From: Candidatus Staskawiczbacteria bacterium
Lineage (GTDB): Bacteria; Patescibacteriota; Minisyncoccia; Minisyncoccales; Staskawiczbacteraceae
Assembly: GCA_023245155.1 (NCBI GenBank)
Contig: JAHFKV010000001.1
Coordinates: 75,034 to 139,033 of the forward strand
Direction of reading: 5' to 3'
Length of the DNA: 64,000 bases
The notes beneath the pieces are model-generated. The model was not told where the DNA came from. It was given only the letters and a program-made list of their open reading frames with translations, and ran no database searches. The translations under genes were made by a program, and so were the position numbers. How positions within the stretch are numbered: position 1 is the first letter of the stretch; each line of letters opens with the position of its first letter. Positions 26,875 through 36,555 of this stretch are shown piece after piece.

Positions 26875-28865
26875 CATTCTATCATTTTTAGAAAATCTTG
26901 CTCGCTTAAAATCTTCACCCCTAATTTTTCGGCTTTTTGGGCTTTGCTGCCCGGTTCTGCGCCGACAACAACATAACTGGTTTTTTTGGAAACTGATTCT
27001 GAAACTTGGCCGCCAAGTTCGCGGATTTTTGCTTTGGCTTCGTCGCGGCTCATACTTTCCAGTGAACCTGTCACAACAAAACTTTTTCCTTCTAGCTTCA
27101 AGATTCTAGATTCTAGATTCTGTTTCTTAATTTTTATTCCAGCCCTAAAAAGCTTATCCAACAGTTTTACATTGTGCTTATTGGCAAACCATTCATGCGC
27201 CGACTTTGCCACAATCGGACCAATATTTAAAATCTTTTCAACGTCTTGGAGCGACGCGCGTTGCAACTTTTCAATCCTACCAAATTGCATTGCCAAATCA
27301 ATAGCCGTTTGCTCACCTACATTTCTAATCCCAAGGGCGTAAATAAACTTGGCCAAAGTAATTTCCTTTTTTGCGTGAATGGCATCAATCAAATTTTCCG
27401 CTGACTTTTCCGCAAAACGTTCTAAATGCACTACATCTTCTTTTTGAAGCGCAAAAAAATCGGCTTGATCCGCCACCAATCCTTCGTCCAGCAACCGATC
27501 AATAATTTTGGGCCCAAGCCCATCAATGTTAAAAGCAGTGCGACTAACAAAATGGTAAAAGTTTCGCCTTTGGCGGGCGGGGCATTTGGCATTATTGCAG
27601 CGCCACAACACTTCCCCTTCTGACTTTTCCAGCTCATTCTCACAGCTTGGGCAAACGCGTGGCATATGGAAATTTCTTTCAACCCCGGTGCGAAATTCCG
27701 GCAACACCTTTATAACATCGGGAATCACATCTCCCGCTCGACCGACAATTACCGTATCGCCAATTTTTATCCCAAGCCTCTTTATTTCGTCTTCATTGTG
27801 CAATGTGGCACGTGTAATAGTAATACCACTCACCACCACCGGTTTTAATACTGCCACCGGCGTCATAGCACCCGTCCGGCCCACCTGAATTTTTATGTCT
27901 TCTATAATAGTCGTCGCCTGGCTTTGGGCAAACTTAAACGCCACTGCCCCGCGCGGAGCCTTGCCCACCACCCCCAATTTTTCAAACAGAGCGTTATTAT
28001 TTATAATCACCACCACGCCATCAATTTCGTAATCCAGTTTTGCCCGAATTTTACCCACATGTTCATAAAAAGCAAATACTTCTTCAATGGATTTACAATG
28101 CTTGTTATTTAGATTTGTTTTGAAGCCCAGTTTTTTTAAGAATTTGTGTTCGTCTTCATGGCAATTAAAATTACCGCCCACCACATCATACGCAAACGAA
28201 TCCAGTTTTCGCGCCGCGGTAATTTTAGGGTCAAGCTGCCGAACCGACCCAGCTGCGATATTTCTTGGATTAGCGTACTCAGCCAAGCCTTTTTCACGCA
28301 ACACTTTATTTTGCCTTTCAAATTCTTTCTTTGAAATAAATACCTCTCCGCGTACTACTAAACTTTTCTCTTCATCCAACGTTAAGGGAATTGCTTGAAC
28401 CGTTTTTAAATTTTGGGTGATGTCTTCGCCAATTACTCCATCTCCCCGCGTTGATCCACGTACAAAAAGACCGTTCTCGTATTCCATTTCAATAGCCAAC
28501 CCGTCAATTTTTAGTTCACAATAAAAATCCAGCTGCGCTTTTTCTTGTTCAGTTAACAATTTTGAAATTCTCTCATGCCAATCATAAAAATCTTCTTTAC
28601 TGAACACATCATTGAGCGACAGCATGCGTTCCTCGTGTTGAACTTTTTTAAATTCCTTAAGTGGCGCGCCACCCACTCGTTGGGTAGGCGAATCGGCAGT
28701 TATTAAATCCGGATGCAATTGCTCTAAATCAAACAACTCTTTTTTTAAAGAATCCAAAGCCGCATCAGAAATTTCCTGTTTATCTAAGACATGATAAAGA
28801 TAGCGATGATGGTTAATCGTTTTCTTGAGCTTTTCTATTCTTGTTTTTGCCTCTGATTTATTCAT
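26874..28865 (-). CDS. ligA: NAD-dependent DNA ligase
   Basis: Adenylation motif CELKIDGLA, Zn finger CPSC...C..KC, HhH region and BRCT end. The start is trimmed to MNKSEAKTRIEKL. Confidence 0.95.
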   Translation of the reverse strand: MNKSEAKTRIEKLKKTINHHRYLYHVLDKQEISDAALDSLKKELFDLEQLHPDLITADSPTQRVGGAPLKEFKKVQHEERMLSLNDVFSKEDFYDWHERISKLLTEQEKAQLDFYCELKIDGLAIEMEYENGLFVRGSTRGDGVIGEDITQNLKTVQAIPLTLDEEKSLVVRGEVFISKKEFERQNKVLREKGLAEYANPRNIAAGSVRQLDPKITAARKLDSFAYDVVGGNFNCHEDEHKFLKKLGFKTNLNNKHCKSIEEVFAFYEHVGKIRAKLDYEIDGVVVIINNNALFEKLGVVGKAPRGAVAFKFAQSQATTIIEDIKIQVGRTGAMTPVAVLKPVVVSGITITRATLHNEDEIKRLGIKIGDTVIVGRAGDVIPDVIKVLPEFRTGVERNFHMPRVCPSCENELEKSEGEVLWRCNNAKCPARQRRNFYHFVSRTAFNIDGLGPKIIDRLLDEGLVADQADFFALQKEDVVHLERFAEKSAENLIDAIHAKKEITLAKFIYALGIRNVGEQTAIDLAMQFGRIEKLQRASLQDVEKILNIGPIVAKSAHEWFANKHNVKLLDKLFRAGIKIKKQNLESRILKLEGKSFVVTGSLESMSRDEAKAKIRELGGQVSESVSKKTSYVVVGAEPGSKAQKAEKLGVKILSEQDFLKMIE
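27090..27124. repeat. Tandem heptanucleotide repeat (TTCTAGC TTCAAGA TTCTAGA TTCTAGA TTCTGTT) inside ligA
   Basis: Read directly from the sequence. It encodes the linker ...QNLESRILKLEG... before the BRCT domain. Confidence 0.9.
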
Positions 28866-29064
28866 GTTGGGAATGTTTGCTGATATACAACGCCCGTTCT
28901 TTTTCACTTTCAGCCTGGTAAAAAGCAGCGATGCGGTTGGCCACATTGCTCACAATTTTAACCTGGTTAAATAATATGGAACTCAAACTTAACACCACCG
29001 CCAGCATAATGGCCATGATTAAAAAAGTAATCACCAGAGATACACCTTGTTGATGGTATTTCAT
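28858..29064 (-). CDS. Small pilus-associated membrane protein (PilX-N-like minor pilin)
   Basis: MKYHQQGVSLVITFLIMAIMLAVVLSL resembles minor-pilin N-termini. It overlaps the neighbouring genes by 4-8 nt. Confidence 0.5.
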   Translation of the reverse strand: MKYHQQGVSLVITFLIMAIMLAVVLSLSSILFNQVKIVSNVANRIAAFYQAESEKERALYISKHSQHE

Positions 29065-29543
29065 CGTTGCGAAACCGTAATTTGAATAATCATATCTTGC
29101 ACATTCAGAACCATGGTAACCCGGGTATTTTGCAACACCACAAAACGCAGATAACGTACGGCATATTTGGCTGACAACAAGGGCTGGGGGCTAGAACCAT
29201 TTTTTATTTCTTTAATCACGCCATCGGCATCAAGAAAATATTCCTGGCAGCCATTTTCCTTGGAAAAAAAGCGGATGCCCTGGTTGCCATGGGTGGTCAT
29301 GTAAACTGACTGGGCATTGGTTCCCAAACAAATACCCGAAGGATCCATTTCTGTCTGGCGCAAATTCCGGCTTATCTCATCTTCCAAATAAGTAACTTGG
29401 TTAATCATTTCTTGCTGGCTCAAAATACGTTTCTGCTGACGGACAATGGAAATAAAAAGAGTAACCGTAACTCCCATGATGAGCATGAACAAGCCCAGTA
29501 CCACCACTAATTCAATTAACGTGAAACCTTTCTTATTTAACAT
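29061..29543 (-). CDS. Type IV pilin-like protein (prepilin-type N-terminal cleavage/methylation domain)
   Basis: MLNKKGFTLIELVVVLGLFML. Confidence 0.8.
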   Translation of the reverse strand: MLNKKGFTLIELVVVLGLFMLIMGVTVTLFISIVRQQKRILSQQEMINQVTYLEDEISRNLRQTEMDPSGICLGTNAQSVYMTTHGNQGIRFFSKENGCQEYFLDADGVIKEIKNGSSPQPLLSAKYAVRYLRFVVLQNTRVTMVLNVQDMIIQITVSQR

Positions 29544-29997
29544 TATATAGGTAAGTTGTTATTTCAAAATCCATGGGCTTGCCGTTATAATCCCACATTA
29601 CCAGCACATCAACTTTTAATACATCAGGGCTGCCAGCCTGGGTGATGGTAATTTTCCGTTTGAATTTAGTGGGATTCCCCTGGTCATAACTGTAAAAACC
29701 ATCCGCGCTAATGTTCAAATACGATTGCTCATTATAAAGCTTTAACGTTGTCATTTTATAATCGGCTTGGCAGCCCAGGCTACACTGCGCCAGCCCCGCT
29801 GGCCAAGGATTATGGTCACGGATATTCCGCACTATTTCAAAACCCTCTTGGGCCAGGTAAACGGCCGTCACCTTTGAGGCCATGGTATGCTGCACGTTAG
29901 CAATCGGCAAAAACGCACTGTACACCCCAATAATGCCGAATGACAAAATCGCAATGGTAATAATCAGTTCAATAAGCGTAAAGCCAAATTGTTTCAT
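29533..29997 (-). CDS. Type IV pilin-like protein
   Basis: MKQFGFTLIELIITIAILSFG. Confidence 0.8.
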   Translation of the reverse strand: MKQFGFTLIELIITIAILSFGIIGVYSAFLPIANVQHTMASKVTAVYLAQEGFEIVRNIRDHNPWPAGLAQCSLGCQADYKMTTLKLYNEQSYLNISADGFYSYDQGNPTKFKRKITITQAGSPDVLKVDVLVMWDYNGKPMDFEITTYLYNVK

Positions 29998-30548
29998 TGA
30001 ATCTCTATTAACCCCGATATATGCACCAGCACACTTTTAGTTTTTGAAGCATCACTTTCTAAGCCGAATATCACTTCAACATTGTTGGCATTTTTATCAA
30101 GTTGATTGATGGAAACGTTGGCATTGGGAGAACTAAAATCGATGCTGGTTTTCCCGCCAAACACATTTCCCAGACTTTCAATCATCACCCCAGGCTCGGT
30201 GGCATCAATATCAACGGTCTCAATGATATAATCCGAAGGGTCATATTGATGGTTACCGGGGAACCGATCAGCATACAAGATATATTTTTTATTAGTAGCA
30301 CTTGCAGTGTTAAGGTAAATTCCATAGCCGGCTACCGGCTGCTCAATGCCAAAAGAATCTTTGTAAGCCACTCCCGATAGTGACAAATCTTGCGCCTTTC
30401 TAGCTTCTTGCAAAAAAGTGTAAGCGGCCCTGTTTAACGCGAATTGCAACTTCACCTGCGGAAAGTTGGAAAAAACAATCACCGGCAAAATAGTAATTAC
30501 CGCAATCACCACGAGCAATTCTATGATAGTAAAACCTGGCAATTTCAT
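29994..30548 (-). CDS. Type IV pilin-like protein
   Basis: Start trimmed to MKLPGFTIIELLVVIAVI. There is a 4-nt overlap with the pilD stop. Confidence 0.8.
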   Translation of the reverse strand: MKLPGFTIIELLVVIAVITILPVIVFSNFPQVKLQFALNRAAYTFLQEARKAQDLSLSGVAYKDSFGIEQPVAGYGIYLNTASATNKKYILYADRFPGNHQYDPSDYIIETVDIDATEPGVMIESLGNVFGGKTSIDFSSPNANVSINQLDKNANNVEVIFGLESDASKTKSVLVHISGLIEIQ

Positions 30549-31282
30549 AGTAACAATAGCTTTGCATACCAACTCATGATTTGCGGGGCCCAAAGCAACG
30601 CCAAGAATGTTCCAGCGATAAGAAACGGGGCAAATGGAACTTGACTTTTTAAGCCTTTTTTACTGAGCAGCATGAGTACTATGCCAATCACCGCTCCCAG
30701 CCAGAATGCCAACACTAAAGCCACCAAAACGCCGGCTAACCCTAGCAATAACCCCATCAAGATGGCGAGCTTTACGTCACCAAAACCCATGGCTTTACCC
30801 CTTGAAAGCAAAAAAATCAATAAAAAGAATCCTGAAGCAGCAACCGCAGCCACCAGATAATTAAATGATAGATGATAAGGCAAAGCTACTATAATAGCTG
30901 GAAATAACACCACGTCAGGAATGATATAGTGGCGCAGATCATATATGAATATGACAATCATGGAACACCAAACATATGCCATAAAAAAGAAAGCTAGCCC
31001 GCTTGCTATGGTGGAAATGACAAGAAACATTAAGGCAGTTGCCAGTTCTACCAATGGATACTGGATTGAAATTTTCGCGTGGCAATACCGGCACTTGCCA
31101 CCGAGAAACAAAAAACTAAAAACCGGAATTAAATCTAGCCAAGCTAATTGGTGCTTGCAGTGAGGACAATATGAACGGCCTCCTAGTGACTCTTCTTTTT
31201 CCAATCGCAAAATCACCACGTTCAAAAAACTGCCAATGCAAAGGCCAAGTACGAAAACAATCAAGTAAAAAAGCGGTGTCAT
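30545..31282 (-). CDS. pilD: Prepilin peptidase (A24 family)
   Basis: N-terminal CxxC...CxxC, 7-8 TM helices and the GFGDVKL active-site motif. Confidence 0.9.
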   Translation of the reverse strand: MTPLFYLIVFVLGLCIGSFLNVVILRLEKEESLGGRSYCPHCKHQLAWLDLIPVFSFLFLGGKCRYCHAKISIQYPLVELATALMFLVISTIASGLAFFFMAYVWCSMIVIFIYDLRHYIIPDVVLFPAIIVALPYHLSFNYLVAAVAASGFFLLIFLLSRGKAMGFGDVKLAILMGLLLGLAGVLVALVLAFWLGAVIGIVLMLLSKKGLKSQVPFAPFLIAGTFLALLWAPQIMSWYAKLLLL

Positions 31283-31297
31283 ATTCGGTTAGTATAG

Positions 31298-31331
31298 CAA
31301 AAAAACAGCGCCTTGGACAGGCACTGTTTTT
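31298..31331 (-). terminator. Terminator after the major pilin gene
   Basis: Minus strand: ACAGTGCC-tgtccaa-GGCGCTGT followed by TTTTTTT. Confidence 0.7.
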
Positions 31332-31346
31332 ACTAAAGAATGCTAA

Positions 31347-31796
31347 TTAATCCAAACAAGCTCCCGTAGCAGGAGTGACGCAACGTGCGGCACAGGCTCC
31401 GGCATTTTGGGTAACTTTCTTGTATCCGGTTGAGTCAACGCAGAAGGTGGAACCGGCTGGTTCGGCAGTGGTAGTCTTCATCGTTGAGCAAGCACACCAA
31501 GCAGTAGCGGCGCAAAAATGCACTGCAGTTCCGCCAGCAGCTGAAATAGCAGCTTCAGGACCAGTTATATACGCATTAGAGCAGAAATTGGTGTAGTTAC
31601 CATTGGCGTCAAAATAGACAGCCCCGTTGGTTAACACTGTGGCCTCATTTCCCTTAATAGCGGCATTCTTGCCTTGGTTAATATATCCAGTAACGTTTAC
31701 CAATACAATGGCTGCTAACACGGCAATGATGGCGACCACAACCAATAATTCAATAATCGTAAAACCTTTTTGTGTATTCATATTATAGTATATCAT
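31347..31796 (-). CDS. Major type IV pilin, Cys-rich C-terminal domain
   Basis: Leader MIYYNMNTQKG|FTIIELLVVVAIIAVLAAIV, with 8 Cys in the last ~80 aa. GAGGT lies 6 nt upstream of the first ATG. The gene has its own promoter and terminator. Confidence 0.85.
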   Translation of the reverse strand: MIYYNMNTQKGFTIIELLVVVAIIAVLAAIVLVNVTGYINQGKNAAIKGNEATVLTNGAVYFDANGNYTNFCSNAYITGPEAAISAAGGTAVHFCAATAWCACSTMKTTTAEPAGSTFCVDSTGYKKVTQNAGACAARCVTPATGACLD

Positions 31797-31832
31797 AAAC
31801 TAACCTCGACCTTTTTTTAAACATCTTTATCA

Positions 31833-31861
31833 ATTATAGTATGACCTATAACACCAAACAA
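31833..31861 (-). promoter_or_regulatory. Sigma70-like promoter of the major pilin (TTGTTT-17-TATAAT)
   Basis: The minus strand reads TTGTTTggtgttataggtcatacTATAAT. Confidence 0.5.
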
Positions 31862-31881
31862 TGGGGCAGAATGTGGATAAC

Positions 31882-33090
31882 TTAAACGGTCCCGAGCGCC
31901 CCATACAGCGGACTTAAAACCGAAATGGCCATGATGGCAACAATGATACCCAGCACAATAATCATCACCGGTTCTAACAGGCTGGAAAACATGGAAATGG
32001 CGCCGGTAATATCTTTCTGATAAAAATTCACCACTTCCATTAAGGCACTGTCTAATTTACCGGTTTCTTCGCCGACTTTTACCATTTGCACCACGAACGG
32101 CGGAAAATATTCTTTGTATTTACTCATCACGTAACTGATTTTTTCCCCTTCCGAAATTTCTTTTTCTATGCGGGAAGTAATTTGCCGGTAAGCTGGGTTA
32201 CTCACCGTGTTTTCAGTAATTTTTAGAGCGCTTTGGATGGAAACTCCTGCGGAAATTAAGGTGGCTACATTGGAACAAAATCTGGTTAAAAAGACTTTTT
32301 TTAACACCCCACCCAAAAAGGGGACTTTCAACAATAAGATACTGATATTAGTTTTACCCGCCTTGGTGTTAGCATAAAAAATAGCTAATCCTGCCAGAAG
32401 TGCTACTGCCAGTACTAGGGCCCACCAATAACTTGCCAAAAAACCGTAAAAATCTAAAATGATTACGGTAAACCAGGAGGGCTTGCCACCTGATTCTTTG
32501 ATTAAACTTGAAATCTGCGGCATGACTTCAATGATAATAATGGCCACCACCACCACCAAAACGCAGAGCACAAAAACTGGATACATCATGGCCTGGCGTA
32601 CTTTGACTATAATATCATTCTCGCTTTCTAAGTGGTTAGCAATATAATTCAACGATTTGGAAATATCTCCTGAAGTTTCCCCGGATTTTACCAGGTTAAC
32701 GTAAAAATTGCTGAACACATGAGGATATGCCGCCATGGCTGAAGAAAGTGGTGCACCTTCTTGCACTAAGTTGGAAATATCAGAAATAATTTCTTTGAAA
32801 CTTTTTTTATTGGTTTGGGAAGCCAAGCTGGCTAGACTAGCTACCACTGGAACGCGCGAATCTAACATAATGGATAGCTGGCGAAAAAAGATGGTCAGGT
32901 CTTTTTTTGAAATGGGCGTCCTGAACTTTATTTTTTGAAACCAAACATGTTTGGGAGCCTCTGCTTCCAAAGAAGTTACAAATACGTTGTATTTTTGCAA
33001 CAAAAGCGCGGCGGCTTCTTTTGAATACGCCTCAATGGTGCCAGTTTCTTGCCGTCCCTCTTTGGTTCTGGCGTGATAGGTATACTTCAT
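31882..33090 (-). CDS. pilC: Type IV pilus platform protein PilC (GspF family)
   Basis: 402 aa with a duplicated GspF-type domain and 3 TM segments. Confidence 0.9.
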   Translation of the reverse strand: MKYTYHARTKEGRQETGTIEAYSKEAAALLLQKYNVFVTSLEAEAPKHVWFQKIKFRTPISKKDLTIFFRQLSIMLDSRVPVVASLASLASQTNKKSFKEIISDISNLVQEGAPLSSAMAAYPHVFSNFYVNLVKSGETSGDISKSLNYIANHLESENDIIVKVRQAMMYPVFVLCVLVVVVAIIIIEVMPQISSLIKESGGKPSWFTVIILDFYGFLASYWWALVLAVALLAGLAIFYANTKAGKTNISILLLKVPFLGGVLKKVFLTRFCSNVATLISAGVSIQSALKITENTVSNPAYRQITSRIEKEISEGEKISYVMSKYKEYFPPFVVQMVKVGEETGKLDSALMEVVNFYQKDITGAISMFSSLLEPVMIIVLGIIVAIMAISVLSPLYGALGTV

Positions 33091-34151
33091 CTCAAAAGGT
33101 TCTTAAGCTCCAGGGGATTCAAAGAGTAGTCAATCGAATCTTTCAACGAAATTTCTTTCTTGCGCACTAAGTCAGCCAGTGACCGGTTCAAAGAAACCAT
33201 GCCGTCGCGTGAAGATGTTTCGATGACCGCGGGAATTTCATGGTTTTTATTCTCCCGGATTAAATTGGAAATAGCTGCATTGCAAATCATCACTTCTACA
33301 GCCGGAATAAATCCCCCACTGATTCTAGGAACAAGGCGCTGAGAAACCACTCCCAGTAATGATCCAGCCAACTGGAACCTGATTTGGTTCTGCTGTTCTG
33401 GTGGAAACACATCAATCATGCGGTGGATAGACTGGGCAGCCGAATTGGTGTGCAAGGTGGCAAACACCAAATGCCCGGTTTCGGCAGCCGTAATGGTGGT
33501 GGCAATAGTTTCAAGGTCGCGCATTTCTCCTACCATAATCACATCCGGGTTTTGGCGGAACATGGCCCGCAGCGCAGCTGGGAAGCTATTTGTATCAACC
33601 GAAACTTCCCGCTGTTCAATAATGGCCTTATTCCCTTCATACATGTATTCAATGGGATCTTCAATGGTGATAATGTGCACCGCCCGGGTTTGATTTATTT
33701 CGTCTATCAATGAAGCCAAGGTGGTGGATTTTCCCTGCCCCGAAGCCCCTGTTACCAGCACCAGACCCTGAGATTTGGTGGTAAATTCGTGTAACACCGC
33801 CGGTAAACCTAACTGTTCCAGTGTTTTTATTTCAGAAGAAATTAAGCGCAAGGCCATGCTCAAAGCTCCTCGCTGGAAGAAAATATTCACCCGAAACCGC
33901 GCTTTGCCATCGTGGTCATAGGAAAAATCAATTTCTTTTTCAGCATATAACTTTTTTTTCTCATCATCACCAACAATGCTCAAAGCCAGATTCTTGGCAT
34001 CTTCGGCGGTAATTTTCTTCTCTTTGATTAACGGCACTAATTGCCCGGTAATCCGGATTACCGGAGGGTGGCCGACTGAAATCAGCAAGTCGGAAGCTTT
34101 TTGTTCTATGGCAATGTCCAAAATCTTTTTTAACGTTTGCAGGTGTTCCAT
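33087..34151 (-). CDS. pilT: Type IV pilus retraction ATPase PilT-like
   Basis: 354 aa, Walker A GASGQGKST, Asp box, His box ...TLHTNSAAQSIHRMIDVF. Confidence 0.88.
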   Translation of the reverse strand: MEHLQTLKKILDIAIEQKASDLLISVGHPPVIRITGQLVPLIKEKKITAEDAKNLALSIVGDDEKKKLYAEKEIDFSYDHDGKARFRVNIFFQRGALSMALRLISSEIKTLEQLGLPAVLHEFTTKSQGLVLVTGASGQGKSTTLASLIDEINQTRAVHIITIEDPIEYMYEGNKAIIEQREVSVDTNSFPAALRAMFRQNPDVIMVGEMRDLETIATTITAAETGHLVFATLHTNSAAQSIHRMIDVFPPEQQNQIRFQLAGSLLGVVSQRLVPRISGGFIPAVEVMICNAAISNLIRENKNHEIPAVIETSSRDGMVSLNRSLADLVRKKEISLKDSIDYSLNPLELKNLLR

Positions 34152-34160
34152 AATTATTAT

Positions 34161-34526
34161 TTACCCTATTAATTCTTTTACCGCGTCTGATATTTCTTTA
34201 GGGGTAGTTTGGATTTTCAAAAAATATTTGGTTACGTTGAAGTTTGCAATATTGTCAGCATTATCTTTTTGGTTAAGATTGGAAATTACCATTACCTTTA
34301 ATTCTTTCGTCCGCGGGTCTTGGCGTAGATTTTTCAACACTTCCCAACCGTCAATGCCCGGCAAAATTAAGTCAAGCAACAGTAAATCCGGGAAACTCTG
34401 CTTGATTTTTTCCAAGGCCAATTCCCCGGTATTGGCAGTGTCAACCCAATAACCCTGGCCCCTTAACTGGGCCGCATAAATGTCCACAATAAAGGGATCA
34501 TCTTCAACGATTAATATTTTTTTCAT
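34161..34526 (-). CDS. Stand-alone response-regulator receiver (CheY-like)
   Basis: Start trimmed to MKKILIVEDDPFIV; phospho-acceptor context LLLLDLILPGIDG. There is no output domain. Confidence 0.85.
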   Translation of the reverse strand: MKKILIVEDDPFIVDIYAAQLRGQGYWVDTANTGELALEKIKQSFPDLLLLDLILPGIDGWEVLKNLRQDPRTKELKVMVISNLNQKDNADNIANFNVTKYFLKIQTTPKEISDAVKELIG

Positions 34527-34539
34527 AGTTTTTTGATTA

Positions 34540-36261
34540 CTAAATATCTTCGGTGGCGCGGGCCACTTCGTCAATGGAAGTTTCTCCGGCCAAAGCTTTT
34601 ATAATACCTTCTTGGGCCATGGTCCGCATGCCTTGTTTTTGGGCTTCGGCTAAAATCAGGCTTTCCAAAGGATTTTTTAAAATAATATTAGAAATTTCTT
34701 CGGTCATTTGCAACACTTCATACAAGCCGGTTCTGCCTTTATATCCTTTAAAGTTGCATGAATCACAGCCATTCGCTTCATAGACAAACGCTTCGCCGGT
34801 AATCGTGATTTCTTTTTTTGCAGCAAGCGGCAACGTTTTTATATTTTTTACAATATAACTTTTCACCTTTTCGCTCATGGTCACTTTTTTCTTGCATTTT
34901 TCACACAAAGTTCTTATTAACCGCTGGGAAATAGCGACTTTTAAGGTTGAAGGAATCAAAAATGGTTTAATGCCCATATCAATTAACCGCAAAATTACTC
35001 CGACTGCGGAATTGGTGTGAATGGTACTCAGTACAATATGGCCCGTTAACGAACTGTGCACCACTAAGTTGGCTGTTTCTTCATCGCGCACCTCGCCCAC
35101 CATAATAATATTGGGGTCTTGGCGTAAAATCTGGCGCAGGGCTTCCGCAAAGGTATACCCGATTTCCGTTCTTACCTGTGATTGGTTGATGCCATCAATG
35201 GAATATTCCACCGGATCTTCAATGGTAACAATGTTCACTCCCTCTTGGTTCAGCCGCTGTAAAAAAGCATATAGGGTAGTGGTTTTTCCCGAGCCCGTAG
35301 GCCCGGAAGACAAAATCAAACCATAAGGATTTTTAATGGCCTCTTGGATAATCTGCAAATTACGCTCGCCCAAACCCATTTTTTCAAAGGATTTTAAACC
35401 GTCAGCGGGGTTTAATACCCGGATTTCCACCTTTTCGCCGTACAGAGTTGGCAGCGTGGCAACCCTAAAATCAATATTCTTGTTATTGATTTTGGCAGAA
35501 AATCGGCCATCTTGGGGAATCCGTTTTTCGTCAATTTTCAGGTTAGCTAAAATTTTAATCCGCGAAACAATGGACAAATGCACACTCAAAGGCAAAAACA
35601 AACTCAAGTGCAGAATGCCGTCTTGCCGGAAACGGATATTGAGCTTTTCCCGGTTAGGTTCAATGTGGATATCGGAAGCATTTCCCTCAAGAGCGTGGCG
35701 TAAAATAACCAGTACCATTTTAATGATGGGGGCGTCTTCAGAAGCCAGCGCGGGATCGACACTCTGTTCAAGGCCCATCAACACTTCATCTTGCCCTTTA
35801 TCCAATTCACTTAAGGCTTTTTTGGTTTCGCGCTTTAATGTCCGGTACTGTTTTAATACATTTTGTAAATCTGAAAAGGTTACCAGATAGACTTCATAAT
35901 TAACATTTTCTTTACGGCTCAAGAAGCGCAGTGCGTTCTGAGCCAGGGTATTTTCAGGGTACACCATACCCACGCCAACCGTGTTTCCTTTTTTAAAGAG
36001 TGCCACCATTTTGTAATTAGAGGCAGCTTCTTCAGAGATTAATTCCAGTACATCCAGGGGAATTTCATCAGATTCGGGCTTTAACAACGGGACTTTAGTG
36101 AGCTTGCTCTTTAGGGCGAATAAAGCCTGTTCATCAATGATTTTTTCTTGCAACAACACTTCCTCTTCGGTTTTGCCGGTTTTTTCTAATTGGCTTTGAA
36201 GGGCTTTTTTGCGTTCTTCGGTAATGATGCCATTTGAAAATAATTCTTGGATTAAAAGCAT
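34540..36261 (-). CDS. pilB: Type IV pilus assembly ATPase PilB (GspE family)
   Basis: N-terminal GSPII_E_N-like domain, Walker A GPTGSGKTTTLYA and a tetracysteine motif C..C...C..C. Confidence 0.9.
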   Translation of the reverse strand: MLLIQELFSNGIITEERKKALQSQLEKTGKTEEEVLLQEKIIDEQALFALKSKLTKVPLLKPESDEIPLDVLELISEEAASNYKMVALFKKGNTVGVGMVYPENTLAQNALRFLSRKENVNYEVYLVTFSDLQNVLKQYRTLKRETKKALSELDKGQDEVLMGLEQSVDPALASEDAPIIKMVLVILRHALEGNASDIHIEPNREKLNIRFRQDGILHLSLFLPLSVHLSIVSRIKILANLKIDEKRIPQDGRFSAKINNKNIDFRVATLPTLYGEKVEIRVLNPADGLKSFEKMGLGERNLQIIQEAIKNPYGLILSSGPTGSGKTTTLYAFLQRLNQEGVNIVTIEDPVEYSIDGINQSQVRTEIGYTFAEALRQILRQDPNIIMVGEVRDEETANLVVHSSLTGHIVLSTIHTNSAVGVILRLIDMGIKPFLIPSTLKVAISQRLIRTLCEKCKKKVTMSEKVKSYIVKNIKTLPLAAKKEITITGEAFVYEANGCDSCNFKGYKGRTGLYEVLQMTEEISNIILKNPLESLILAEAQKQGMRTMAQEGIIKALAGETSIDEVARATEDI

Positions 36262-36270
36262 GGTGTTAAT

Positions 36271-36552
36271 TTATTTAATAAACGGATTAGCCCTGCCTGC
36301 GACCCCCGGCCCGTCAGAGCTATTGTCTGGAAATAATTCCAAGTGCTGGACTTGGCCAGAATCTAACATATCGAAATTGATTTTCACATCGGGAGCAGAA
36401 AATACTTCTTGAACGGTGACAGTTGAAGGATTGTGCAAAGCTGGAAGCACTACGAAAAAAGAAATAATTGCCAGGACAAGCAGTAAAACTATAGATATAC
36501 CCCAAAGGAACATCTTCTGTTTTTTTCTGGTTGAAATAAATATAATTGCCAT
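36271..36552 (-). CDS. Small single-pass membrane protein in the pilus operon (PilP-like position)
   Basis: 93 aa with an N-terminal TM helix; ends ...GRANPFIK. The assignment rests on position only. Confidence 0.45.
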   Translation of the reverse strand: MAIIFISTRKKQKMFLWGISIVLLLVLAIISFFVVLPALHNPSTVTVQEVFSAPDVKINFDMLDSGQVQHLELFPDNSSDGPGVAGRANPFIK

Positions 36553-36555
36553 ATA

